Shown here: in pieces, positions 14,649 to 23,323 of the stretch
Position numbering within the stretch: the first letter of the stretch is position 1
How the letters are laid out: every line of letters starts with the position of its first letter
Assembly: GCA_031416315.1 (NCBI GenBank)
Contig: JANOTL010000088.1
Span: forward strand, 1 to 27,470
DNA from: Pseudomonadota bacterium
GTDB lineage: Bacteria; Bdellovibrionota_B; Oligoflexia; Oligoflexales; CAIYRB01
Length of the DNA: 27,470 nucleotides
Direction of reading: 5' to 3'
Position numbers and translations under genes: made by a program
Notes under the pieces: model-generated
Told to the model about the DNA's origin: nothing
Databases searched by the model: none
The model's input: the letters and a program-made list of their open reading frames with translations, nothing else

Positions 14649-17525
14649 TTACAGGCGCTCGAACACGAGCGGCAGGAAGTGCGCGCCTTCGCCACGCTCG
14701 CCGGCGCTTCGGTCCTCGGGAGCCGGCCGCGGAGACTCGGACGGCGCGCTGGTTGACGTCGCACCTTCGGCGAGGCCCATGCCGCTCGGTTGCGTGGATG
14801 GCGCGGGCGCCGGAGCCGCCATCGGCGGACGCGGTGCCGACGAATCTTGCCCACCAGACGCCAGGGCCTCGTTGACTTTGCCCACTTCGACGCCGGTGCA
14901 GCTGCTGGCGTAGTTCATGGCAAAGTCGCCAGCGAAACTATTTTGCGTTGCATCGCGGAAACGGCCGCGGAGCGAGCTGGTCATCGTGTCGACGCAGCTT
15001 TCCTGGCCACCATTGGGCTCCTGCTCGCTTGCGTACAAGCGCGTTTGGTAGGAGTTCACGTCCACCCGCGTCAGCTCGAAGGCGCCGTTGAAGCGGGGCT
15101 TCAGCGTGAACTCGCCGCCGATCTGGCCGATGACCGTGCTCTTGAATGAGCCGCTGGCGTCGTAGCAAGCGCTGCGCGGCTCCGGCGATCCGCTGCATGC
15201 GAGAGACTGCGAGCAGCCGTTAGCGCCGTCGCACTCCCAGTGCATGTAGTAGCTGGGGAGACACTGGTTCGCCAACAGGTCGGAGACCGAGGCCGCGACC
15301 GAGGGGCCCGCGAGGCAGGACAAGCGCTCGAGCGCCGAAGCCCACTGCTTATTCATGGCGAGGATCGCCTCGACCTGCACATCGAAGCTGGCCGCGGCGA
15401 ATTCCGTCGCGCAACCTTGGAACTGGTCTGCCGTCTCGTACCAGTTACCCTGGTTCGCGGCGAAGTAGAGGGGGCAGAGCACAGGGGCTTGCTCGAGACC
15501 GACCCAAAGCTGGTTGCCCGCTTGCAACTCATCTTTCACGAGCTTTTGGCTGCCTTCTTGCGCCTTCATTCCGAGGCTATAGAAGACGTTCTGCGCTTGG
15601 TAGCAAAGCTCCGGGGGCGCTTCCCACATCACGGGCTCGGACGCCTCGACCGACATCGTCGCGGGGGTCGGCTCGTTCAGCGCGAAGCCGTCCTTGGGCA
15701 CCTCCGGCACTGGCGACGCGCCGCCGTCGGAGGGCTCGCTTTGGCCGTAGCCCTGCCCCATGTTCGCGAACAACTTGGCGCATTGGCCGAAGCCGCCTTT
15801 GGCGGCGAAGTCGGTCGGCGCTTTGAAGCGCGCGCAGATGTCTTGACCCTTGGACCATGACGCGCTCTGGACAAGCTCGCCGATCAGCTCACGGGTGCGT
15901 TGCGCTTCGGCAGCGAGACGGCCGTTGAAAGGACCGCCCACGGTGACGTCGCACTCGGGGCGACGGTAGACCGCGAGAGCCTCGGCTTCCGTGGCGCCTT
16001 GCGCAGTGTCTTGGATCAGGTACTGATAGCTCGACGGGATCGACTGCTCGCCGTCGGGGTTCGACTGGGTCGAATCCACTGGTTTGTAGTGGTACGTCTG
16101 GGTCACGCGGCAGAGAAGATTCAAATTCTTGCCGGCGGCGTCGACGAAAACTTTCATGTTGCCGAGGCCGGTCGAGTGGTCGAGCGCGGTCGCGGAATTG
16201 GAGCACCAGGGAAGGGTCCAGTCGCGGTTACGCTCTTTTTCGGCCATCGCCTCGCCGTCACCGTTCCACTCGAGCCAGGTTTGGCAGACTTGGTCGCGGG
16301 AGCCCGCCGCCGTTGCGTCGGCAAGCGCATCGAACTCTTCGAGCGCGTAGTAGCCCGGATACGAGTAGGTGACGAGCTTGCTGAGCCAATTGCCGGCTTC
16401 GTCCTGGTACCACTCGTCATACGAGCCGGTGACGTCCGCCGGCGCGGAGACCACCTTGCAGTCCTGGGGCGTGTACGGGTTGTACGCGCAGCTTTGCTTC
16501 TGCCAAGTCGTGTCGCGCTCGACGAGCGCGTCGATTTCGGCTTTGACGTCGGCCGACAGCACGCCATAAACGCCGCCGAGGCCGGCATTGAAATCGTCGA
16601 TGTTCTTGAAGCTGATGGGCACGCCCTTCATCGAGAAGACGGGCTCGCCGCCCGCGGCCAGACCGCAAGCCTCGGCGATCTTTTTCGACTCGAAGAGGCG
16701 GACTTTGTCGAGGGCCTGGGCGAAGTACACGTTGCCGACCGGAACGCCGTAGACGTAGGCCGCGGACTCGCCTTCTTGGCCCTTGATGCCGGCCTTCCAT
16801 TCGCCGGTGAAGGGCTTGGCGAAGACGGTCGGCTCGAGCTTCTTCTTTTCTTTGATCGCCGCGAGCTTCGACGGCTTGAGCGAGGTGCTCTTTTCGACGT
16901 CGATTTTGCCCGAGGCAAGCTTATTCTTCGGGTTGTAGACGACGTTCATCGAGATGACGCCGTCCGCGCCGAAGATGCTGGACTCCGGCTTCCCGTCGGC
17001 GCCGGGCACGGTCACTGCGACCTCGAACGCGTAAGTGCCGTCGGCGCCCCGCAGTTCGACGACGATGGCGAACTCGACTCCCGCAGGGACGTCGACCTTG
17101 TACGCGCCCGTGGTGTCGTCGATGGCGCCTTTGAATTTGACGCCGTCGGTCGTGGTGGCCACGATGACGCGCTCCGTGCCGCCGGCGTCGAGCCAGAGAC
17201 CGAGGCCTCCGCCGTCCCGGTCTTCCGCGACCTTGAACACGCCCGAGACGCTCACGACCTCTTCGAGGGGATCGACGACGGGATCGACGGCCGGCGGGAC
17301 TTCCGCGGTCGGGACCTCCTCAGCCGGCGGCACGACCTCGTCGGCAGCGGGGGCCGTCGCTTGGTCGGCCGGCGGCGCGACCGGAGCGGCGCCTTGCGGG
17401 AGCTGCTGGATGGCGTTCTTAATGGCTTCGCCGCCGCCGCCCGAAGACTTCGAGCAGCTCGTCGCCGTCATCGCGAGGGTCGCGAGCGACGCGAGGACGA
17501 AAGGAACTTTTGCCTTGATGATCAT
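14649..17525 (-). CDS. Large Cys-rich lipoprotein of unknown function (958 aa)
   Basis: Signal peptide with lipobox-like ATS-C followed by SKSSGGGG. Pro/Ala/Glu linkers. About 20 further Cys, with no CxxCH. Confidence 0.85.
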   Translation of the reverse strand: MIIKAKVPFVLASLATLAMTATSCSKSSGGGGEAIKNAIQQLPQGAAPVAPPADQATAPAADEVVPPAEEVPTAEVPPAVDPVVDPLEEVVSVSGVFKVAEDRDGGGLGLWLDAGGTERVIVATTTDGVKFKGAIDDTTGAYKVDVPAGVEFAIVVELRGADGTYAFEVAVTVPGADGKPESSIFGADGVISMNVVYNPKNKLASGKIDVEKSTSLKPSKLAAIKEKKKLEPTVFAKPFTGEWKAGIKGQEGESAAYVYGVPVGNVYFAQALDKVRLFESKKIAEACGLAAGGEPVFSMKGVPISFKNIDDFNAGLGGVYGVLSADVKAEIDALVERDTTWQKQSCAYNPYTPQDCKVVSAPADVTGSYDEWYQDEAGNWLSKLVTYSYPGYYALEEFDALADATAAGSRDQVCQTWLEWNGDGEAMAEKERNRDWTLPWCSNSATALDHSTGLGNMKVFVDAAGKNLNLLCRVTQTYHYKPVDSTQSNPDGEQSIPSSYQYLIQDTAQGATEAEALAVYRRPECDVTVGGPFNGRLAAEAQRTRELIGELVQSASWSKGQDICARFKAPTDFAAKGGFGQCAKLFANMGQGYGQSEPSDGGASPVPEVPKDGFALNEPTPATMSVEASEPVMWEAPPELCYQAQNVFYSLGMKAQEGSQKLVKDELQAGNQLWVGLEQAPVLCPLYFAANQGNWYETADQFQGCATEFAAASFDVQVEAILAMNKQWASALERLSCLAGPSVAASVSDLLANQCLPSYYMHWECDGANGCSQSLACSGSPEPRSACYDASGSFKSTVIGQIGGEFTLKPRFNGAFELTRVDVNSYQTRLYASEQEPNGGQESCVDTMTSSLRGRFRDATQNSFAGDFAMNYASSCTGVEVGKVNEALASGGQDSSAPRPPMAAPAPAPSTQPSGMGLAEGATSTSAPSESPRPAPEDRSAGERGEGAHFLPLVFERL

Positions 17526-17748
17526 GCGCTTTTCTCCGCTGCCAGTAGTTCTCGGGGGTCCACGATCGCAGATCCCACCCCTTCGGCTCGGCGGCAGGGA
17601 GCCCTTGACTAAAGATTTTGCTTGCTTAAAATAACTTTAAAAACAGATAGTTATGAAGAGCTCGGCCATCGCACAAACGCGGCCACGCCAGGCGAGCCGC
17701 CGCCCTCCGCTTCTTGAGGCGGCGCGGCCGTCCCGACCGTTTCAAACA

Positions 17749-17777
17749 TTGCCGCCGGACCAATACGCCGCGATAAT
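17749..17777 (+). promoter_or_regulatory. Candidate sigma70 promoter for the DUF808 gene
   Basis: TTGCCG (17749-17754), 17-nt spacer, GATAAT (17772-17777). Confidence 0.4.
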
Positions 17778-17833
17778 CTGACGGCTCGGTCGACCGTTGA
17801 AGGACCTCTTTCCCCGCTCTCGAGGATGCGACC

Positions 17834-18784
17834 GTGGCCGGAACCAGCCTACTGACTCTGATCGACGACATCGCCTCGCTCCTCGACGACGTGGCCGTCC
17901 TGAGCAAGGTCGCCGTCAAGAAGACCGCGGGCGTGCTCGGCGACGACCTCGCCTTGAACGCCGAGCAAGTGGCCGGCGTCGACGCGAACCGGGAGCTCCC
18001 GGTCGTCTGGGCCGTCGCCAAGGGCTCGATGATCAACAAGGCGATTCTCGTGCCGACGGCTTTGGCGATCAGCGCGTTCATCCCCGTCGCGATCACGCCG
18101 CTCCTGATGCTTGGCGGGCTTTTCCTCTGCTACGAGGGGTTCGAAAAAGTGGCGCACAAGTTCCTCGCGGCACCGGGCGAGGACGAGAAGCATCACACCG
18201 AGCTCGTGGCCGCCGTCGCCGACCCCGTCGTCGACCTCGTCCTTTTCGAGAAGGACAAGATTCGCGGCGCGATCCGGACGGACTTCATCCTGTCGGCGGA
18301 GATCATCGTGATCACGCTCGGCTCGGTCGCGGGCGCCGCCTTCGGCACGCAAGTCGCCGTCCTCGTGACCATCGCGGTGGCGATGACCGTCGGCGTCTAT
18401 GGGCTCGTTGCCGGCATCGTCAAGCTCGACGACCTCGGCCTTCATCTCTGCTTGCGCGCGGGCGACGGCGCTTGGCCCACGCTCCTACGCAAGCTCGGCG
18501 CCGGCCTTCTAGCCGTCGCCCCCCTGCTGATGAAATTCCTTTCGGTCGCCGGAATGGTCGCGATGTTCATGGTGGGCGGCGGCATCTTGACCCACGGCAT
18601 CGCCCCCCTCCATCATTGGATCGAGGCCGTCGCCGCGAGCGCCGCCGCCGTGCCGGGCATCGGCGTCGTGCTCGACGTGATGGCGTCGTCCTTGATCAAC
18701 GCCGTGGCCGGGGTGATCGCGGGTGCGTTGGCGCTGGGCTTGGTCTTGCTCGTGAAGCGAGTGCGCGCGAAAGTGTCGGCGTGA
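17834..18784 (+). CDS. yedI: DUF808 family inner-membrane protein (YedI-like)
   Basis: Motifs [77 protein letters not shown] and [13 protein letters not shown]. Confidence 0.92.
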   Translation: MAGTSLLTLIDDIASLLDDVAVLSKVAVKKTAGVLGDDLALNAEQVAGVDANRELPVVWAVAKGSMINKAILVPTALAISAFIPVAITPLLMLGGLFLCYEGFEKVAHKFLAAPGEDEKHHTELVAAVADPVVDLVLFEKDKIRGAIRTDFILSAEIIVITLGSVAGAAFGTQVAVLVTIAVAMTVGVYGLVAGIVKLDDLGLHLCLRAGDGAWPTLLRKLGAGLLAVAPLLMKFLSVAGMVAMFMVGGGILTHGIAPLHHWIEAVAASAAAVPGIGVVLDVMASSLINAVAGVIAGALALGLVLLVKRVRAKVSA

Positions 18785-18796
18785 CCTGAAGAAGGC

Positions 18797-19998
18797 TTAG
18801 GGCCTATCCGCGCAAGTTTCCGCATTCAACAAGCCGCATACCTCCGCCGCCCGCCGCGGCAACTCCTCGTCGCGCAGATGGCGCGACGTCCTCCCGTCCG
18901 GCGCGACGTGCCAAAGCCCGTCGACGTTCGCCACCCTCGGATGCTCGAACGCGTGGCAGCCGTTACAGGTGTTTTTCGACAGCTTGAAGCGGAGCTCCTC
19001 CAGGTCCGCGGCCGAGAGTCCGCCCGGATTCTGCAGCTGCCACTTCTTTGCCCGCGGGGCCAAGGCCGTCAGGCCGCCGAGGGCCGGCGGCATCCGGTGC
19101 GACTCCGCCAGAATCGCGCTCTGATGATCGTAGGCCCACTGGCTCAGGGCCTCGCCATGCGTCAGCGACCAATCCGGGGTTTGCGCCAGCGCCGCGTTGC
19201 GAATGGCGAAATGGCCCGGAACGACCTCGTCCAAGGAAAACTGCCGTAGCTCGCTCGGAAAGACCAGGATCTCGTTGCTGCGGATCTGCCCGAGCGTCGC
19301 GCCGTAGGTGAAGCTCCGCGTCAACGCTTCGAGCCGCTCGAGGTAGCTACCGGCCGGCGTCGCGCCGAGCGCGTGCCAGCTCGACGCCCAATCTCGGGCC
19401 GTGCGCAGCCCGGTCGGCAGGTCGAACTCGAAGATCAACGTGAATTGCTCGACGTCGTCGCGACCCTTGACCGCGGCCGGATTAAGCGTCGGCTCCTTCA
19501 AGACCGCGAAGACGTAACGTCCTTCGCCCGCCGACGTCGCACAGCGCGCCTCGTCCCGCAAATCGGGCCGGTAGACGATGGCCCGCAGAGCGAACGGTGC
19601 GAGCGCGAGCTTCAGCGAGCCGTCCTCCACCTCCCCGGCCGCCGCTCGTGCGGCGCGCGAGGCCTGAGCCAGGGCGAGATCACGGCCGTCCCGACGCCGG
19701 GACGCGGCAGAAGCACGCGCGCCGGATTTTCCGGGCTGGCGGGCCTAGAGGGGTCGGGCGTCAAAGTTTGCTCCCGTTCCCAGCTCCAGAACCAATCGGT
19801 GACGAGGCGGGAGACTTCTGCGTCCGTCGCGCCCGCAGGGAGCAGCGAGCGGACAATACTGGCGAAATGCCAAGGGCCGCCGGGATCGGCGCGTTGGTCG
19901 TGAATCACCGTCGGCGCGTCGACGTAAAGCTCTCGCGCCGGATCGATGGCGTCGGGACCCGTGCACACGGCGGCGGCGAGAAAGAAGAGGGAAAGCAT
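18797..19998 (-). pseudogene. Secreted ~400-aa protein with one CxxCH motif, interrupted by a 1-bp frameshift near 19666 (pseudogene or sequencing error)
   Basis: ORF 19998-19612 has a signal peptide and turns Arg-rich after ISPWL. Adding one base at ...TGG CTC^AG GCC... joins it in frame to ASRAARAAAGEVEDGSLKLALAPF of ORF 19630-18797, which contains NTCNGCH. Confidence 0.75.
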
Positions 19999-20116
19999 GG
20001 GCGAGGTCCTCCAGAAGCCGAGCCTAAGGGCCGCGGGCTAGGAAGGGCCACCGACAGCGCCTCGCATTTCGTGAGCGGATTCGAGCGGCACCCGGGCCCC
20101 GTGCTAAAGTCGACGC

Positions 20117-21076
20117 ATGCGGCGCCTCCTCGCAATCCTTCTGTCCACCCTTTCTGCGACCTCGACCGCGGCCGCGGCGCACGGCGACACGAGCTACGAG
20201 CCTTGCCTTCTCCTCTGCGCCTTGCCGAGCGGCCGCACCGGACCGCGTTCGAGCGAGGCCGAACCCGAGGCGGGGACCGTCACGGCGCGCCTCGAGCTGG
20301 TGTCGGTCGAGCCGCAGGGCCACTACGAGCGCGACCAATATGTTCCCCTCGCGCGCGGCGCGGAGGTAACCGCCGTCTTGTTGCTCCCGTCCTTGACCTA
20401 TGCCGTGACGCCCGACTGGCTGATGAGCGGGGGCTGGCCGTGGGAGTACAACCAAAGCACCGGGGTAACGCTTCCGACGCTCCACGAAGACGATGGTGAC
20501 CATCGCGCCGTCGCCGGCGGCGGCGTCTGGATCGCGACGAGCCACCGGTTCGACCAGGTCGCGGCGGGCACGTCTCCTTGGGCCGGCGTCGGCTACCGCT
20601 TCGGCGGCCCGCAGGGAAGAGGCGACGTCGAGGGCGAGATCGAGGCTAACCCCGACGCGGCGATCCGGGCCCTGGGCGTCGACGCCGACGATCTGTACGG
20701 CAGCCTTGCCTTGGAGCTCACCGGCATCAGCGGGGATCACTCGCGCCTGTGGATCGGCGGTGAATTCCGCCTCCACATGCTGCCGCGTTGGCGGCGGCTC
20801 TTCGCCACGACCTCGTCGTACGACCTCCTCTTCACGCAGCCCATGACCGAGGCGCTCGCGGCGAGCTTCCGCCTCTCAGGCTTTCAGACCTACATCCCGA
20901 GCCTGCGCGTGTTGCAATCCTCCCTCGGGATCCCGGCCGTCGGCGTCATTTACGCGCTGAGCCCAAGCCGGAGCTTCGACCTCTCCACGTCGACGCAGCT
21001 GCACGGCAAACGCCCGATGAATCAAAACTCGCTGCGCACGATCGACCTGCGCTTTGGCACTAACATCTCGTTTTGA
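20117..21076 (+). CDS. Secreted hypothetical protein, possibly an outer-membrane beta-barrel
   Basis: Signal peptide, alternating beta-strand-like segments and a C-terminal aromatic residue (IDLRFGTNISF). Confidence 0.65.
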   Translation: MRRLLAILLSTLSATSTAAAAHGDTSYEPCLLLCALPSGRTGPRSSEAEPEAGTVTARLELVSVEPQGHYERDQYVPLARGAEVTAVLLLPSLTYAVTPDWLMSGGWPWEYNQSTGVTLPTLHEDDGDHRAVAGGGVWIATSHRFDQVAAGTSPWAGVGYRFGGPQGRGDVEGEIEANPDAAIRALGVDADDLYGSLALELTGISGDHSRLWIGGEFRLHMLPRWRRLFATTSSYDLLFTQPMTEALAASFRLSGFQTYIPSLRVLQSSLGIPAVGVIYALSPSRSFDLSTSTQLHGKRPMNQNSLRTIDLRFGTNISF

Positions 21077-21163
21077 CGAGCGAAACGAACGGTCTGACGG
21101 AATTTTGTAAAGCTGCCCGGTTTCTGCTCCGAAACGTGCGCGCCAGGGGAAGGTGGAGGAGAA

Positions 21164-21448
21164 GTGAGGGCCGACCGCGTACCGATCATGCATTTCATCG
21201 AGGAGCGTTATGCGACGCGCCCGGTGCAGCGCATCGTCGAAACCTGGCGGGTGGAGCCGAAGCAAATCATCGAGCGCCTGACCGAGCATTTCCGCGAGAT
21301 GGGGATCTTCGCCGTCGACGCGCACAACGAGCGGCTCGTCCTACTTTCGATGCTGCACACGCTGCGGCACTCCCCGGAGATCCTGCGCCTCGTCCAGAAC
21401 GCGCGGCGCGAGGAGCAGAAGTCGCAGAAAATTCGGCACCAGGAGTAG
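21164..21448 (+). CDS. Small hypothetical cytoplasmic protein
   Basis: 94 aa. GGAGG upstream of GTG 21164 (alternative ATG at 21188). Helical, natural-looking composition. Fills the gap before the convergent bolA. Confidence 0.7.
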   Translation: MRADRVPIMHFIEERYATRPVQRIVETWRVEPKQIIERLTEHFREMGIFAVDAHNERLVLLSMLHTLRHSPEILRLVQNARREEQKSQKIRHQE

Positions 21449-21457
21449 GCGTCGAGC

Positions 21458-21685
21458 CTAGATTTCCTGCGTATCCAGCGCCAACGCGTGGATTTCCTTC
21501 TTCATCAGGTCGCCCAGCGCGCGGTAGACCATCTGATGTTGCTCGACCAGGCTCTTGTCCTTGAACTCCGACGCCTTGATCACGACGCGCCAGTGGTCGC
21601 CGCCGCCGGTCATATCGGTTGCCGTGATCTTTGCCGAAGGCATATGCTCGCGCAGCTTCGAGACGATGGTATCCGCGGTCACCAT
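21458..21685 (-). CDS. bolA: BolA/IbaG family protein
   Basis: GGGDHW.V.I.ASEF..KSLVEQHQMVYRAL......IHALAL.T. ATG at 21685 with GGAGG upstream. Confidence 0.93.
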   Translation of the reverse strand: MVTADTIVSKLREHMPSAKITATDMTGGGDHWRVVIKASEFKDKSLVEQHQMVYRALGDLMKKEIHALALDTQEI

Positions 21686-21697
21686 GAGGTTCCCTCC

Positions 21698-22309
21698 ATG
21701 CGCACCTTGTACCTCGCGAGCAACAATCGCCACAAGCTCGACGAGCTGGCCGCGATGCTCGGTCCGCGCTTTCGTGTCCTCCTCGCCCGGGATCTAGACC
21801 CCGCGACCTCCTGGGACGAGTCCGGCGCGACCTTCGAGGCCAACGCCCGGATCAAGGCCATGGTCGTCCGGAGGCAGCTCGAGGCCCGAGGCCTGAGCGC
21901 CGCGGTCCTGGCCGACGATTCCGGCCTCGAAGTTTTGGCCTTGGGTGGCGCCCCCGGCGTCATCAGCTCACGTTACGCGGGGAAGGACGGAGACGACGTC
22001 GCCAACAATCGCAAGCTCCTGAAGGACCTGGAAGGTGTTCCGGCCGCGCGGCGGGCGGCGCGGTTCGTGTGCGTGCTTTGCTTCGTCGACGAAGAGGGAG
22101 TGGAGAGCTACTTCCGCGGGACGTGCGAAGGGCGGATCGTCGAAAACACGGATGCAGCGCGGGGGGAGCATGGATTTGGGTATGATCCGCTGTTTCTCGT
22201 CGGAGAGGGCGGACGGACTTTGGCGGAGATGACCGCGGACGAGAAGAATGGGGTGAGTCACCGTCGGCATGCGGTGGAGGGCTTGCGGAATGCGCTCACG
22301 GAGGGCTGA
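21698..22309 (+). CDS. rdgB: RdgB/HAM1 non-canonical purine NTP (dITP/XTP) pyrophosphatase
   Basis: Motifs LASNNRHKLDE, ESGATFEANARIKA, LADDSGL, GAPGVISSRYAG, GFGYDPLF and EKNGVSHR. True start is ATG 21698. Confidence 0.96.
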   Translation: MRTLYLASNNRHKLDELAAMLGPRFRVLLARDLDPATSWDESGATFEANARIKAMVVRRQLEARGLSAAVLADDSGLEVLALGGAPGVISSRYAGKDGDDVANNRKLLKDLEGVPAARRAARFVCVLCFVDEEGVESYFRGTCEGRIVENTDAARGEHGFGYDPLFLVGEGGRTLAEMTADEKNGVSHRRHAVEGLRNALTEG

Positions 22310-22351
22310 GCGAAAGAAAGCAGCCGACGATGAGACGCTCGGCCGCCGCCG

Positions 22352-23323
22352 TCATTTGAGCTTCTTTTGTGCCGCCTTCTTGTACTCCCGGTACTCCTTG
22401 GCCGTGTGAATCCAGCCAAAGTCCTTGTGGTTCAAGCTCTCCTTGATCTCCGACCGATACTTGTCCGGCTCGACCAAGTACCCCTGCAGAATCAAGGTCG
22501 ACAAGCTCGGCTCGTTCATCTTTGCATAACACTTCGCCAGCAAGAAGATCGCCTTCCGCGCGATCGGCTCTTCGTCGGCCCAGATCTGCTTCTTGATCTC
22601 TTTGTCGTAGATCATTTTCAAAGGTTTGATCGCGTCGCCGCACTGATCGAGCTTCCGATACGCCGAGCCCATGTTGTAGAGGCCGAGGACGTCGATGTCG
22701 CCGCTGTTGCGCGCGCGCTCGTACGCGGCGACGGCCTTTTTCATGTTGCCGGCGTCGAACTGCTTTTGCGCTTCCTGGTAATCCTTCGAGGACTTCGCCT
22801 TCTGCCGGTCGGCGTCGCCGGCCGAGGTGCCGGCGGTGCCGGCGACCTGGATGCCGCCCAAAATGAAGCCCGTCGCGAGGAGGCAGGGGGCGTCACCCGA
22901 GCCGTCACAGCAAATCTCTTTGACCTCTGCCGAAAGGCGCTTGCCGTTGTAAGCCGTGCAGGCGCCGCCGCCGGGCGGAATGTAAGCGCCTATCGTCTCG
23001 CCGTTCAGGGCGCCCGGATCGTTCGACAGGCCCTTCTTGATCGCCGACGACTTCACGACCTTACCGCGGATGTAGAGGCCGCGGTAAGTCGCATAGAACT
23101 GCTTCTTGCCCGCGGCGTCGAGGTCGGTGATCCATTTGTACTTGGACTTGGCGGGATCGAAGAAGGTCTCCGGCTCCATCGCCTTGCAGCCCTGCACGTC
23201 GAGCACGATCGGCCCCGACACGAGGGAGAGGCATTCGGCGCGCGCCGTGACGCTCGCGCCCAAGAGCATCAGGGTGGCGGCAATTCGTCCGCAACCGGCG
23301 GCAACACGTCCTCGACCGTCCAT
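22352..23323 (-). CDS. Secreted protein with C-terminal TPR repeats
   Basis: GGAGG upstream. Signal peptide ending ARA. Cys-containing N-terminal domain. TPR-like helices (AVAAYERA, LYNMGSAYRKL, FLLAKCYAKM). Confidence 0.82.
   Translation of the reverse strand: MDGRGRVAAGCGRIAATLMLLGASVTARAECLSLVSGPIVLDVQGCKAMEPETFFDPAKSKYKWITDLDAAGKKQFYATYRGLYIRGKVVKSSAIKKGLSNDPGALNGETIGAYIPPGGGACTAYNGKRLSAEVKEICCDGSGDAPCLLATGFILGGIQVAGTAGTSAGDADRQKAKSSKDYQEAQKQFDAGNMKKAVAAYERARNSGDIDVLGLYNMGSAYRKLDQCGDAIKPLKMIYDKEIKKQIWADEEPIARKAIFLLAKCYAKMNEPSLSTLILQGYLVEPDKYRSEIKESLNHKDFGWIHTAKEYREYKKAAQKKLK

Noticed and set aside
14649..17525. Multiheme cytochrome reading of the Cys-rich lipoprotein, or membership in the biosynthetic cluster
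   Set aside because: It has no CxxCH motifs. It is convergent to the operon and separated from it by a terminator hairpin.
15900..17612. Long antisense or alternate-frame ORFs (also 3542-4927, 6585-7799, 11618-12814, 13334-14440, 22367-23704)
   Set aside because: They are Arg/Gly-rich shadow frames expected from high GC3 codon bias. Each overlaps a gene with clear family motifs or signal peptides.
21488..21697. N-terminal extension of rdgB (and the reciprocal 16-aa extension of bolA to 21733)
   Set aside because: Family homology begins at ATG 21698 and ATG 21685, each with its own RBS. The extensions are antisense to the other gene.
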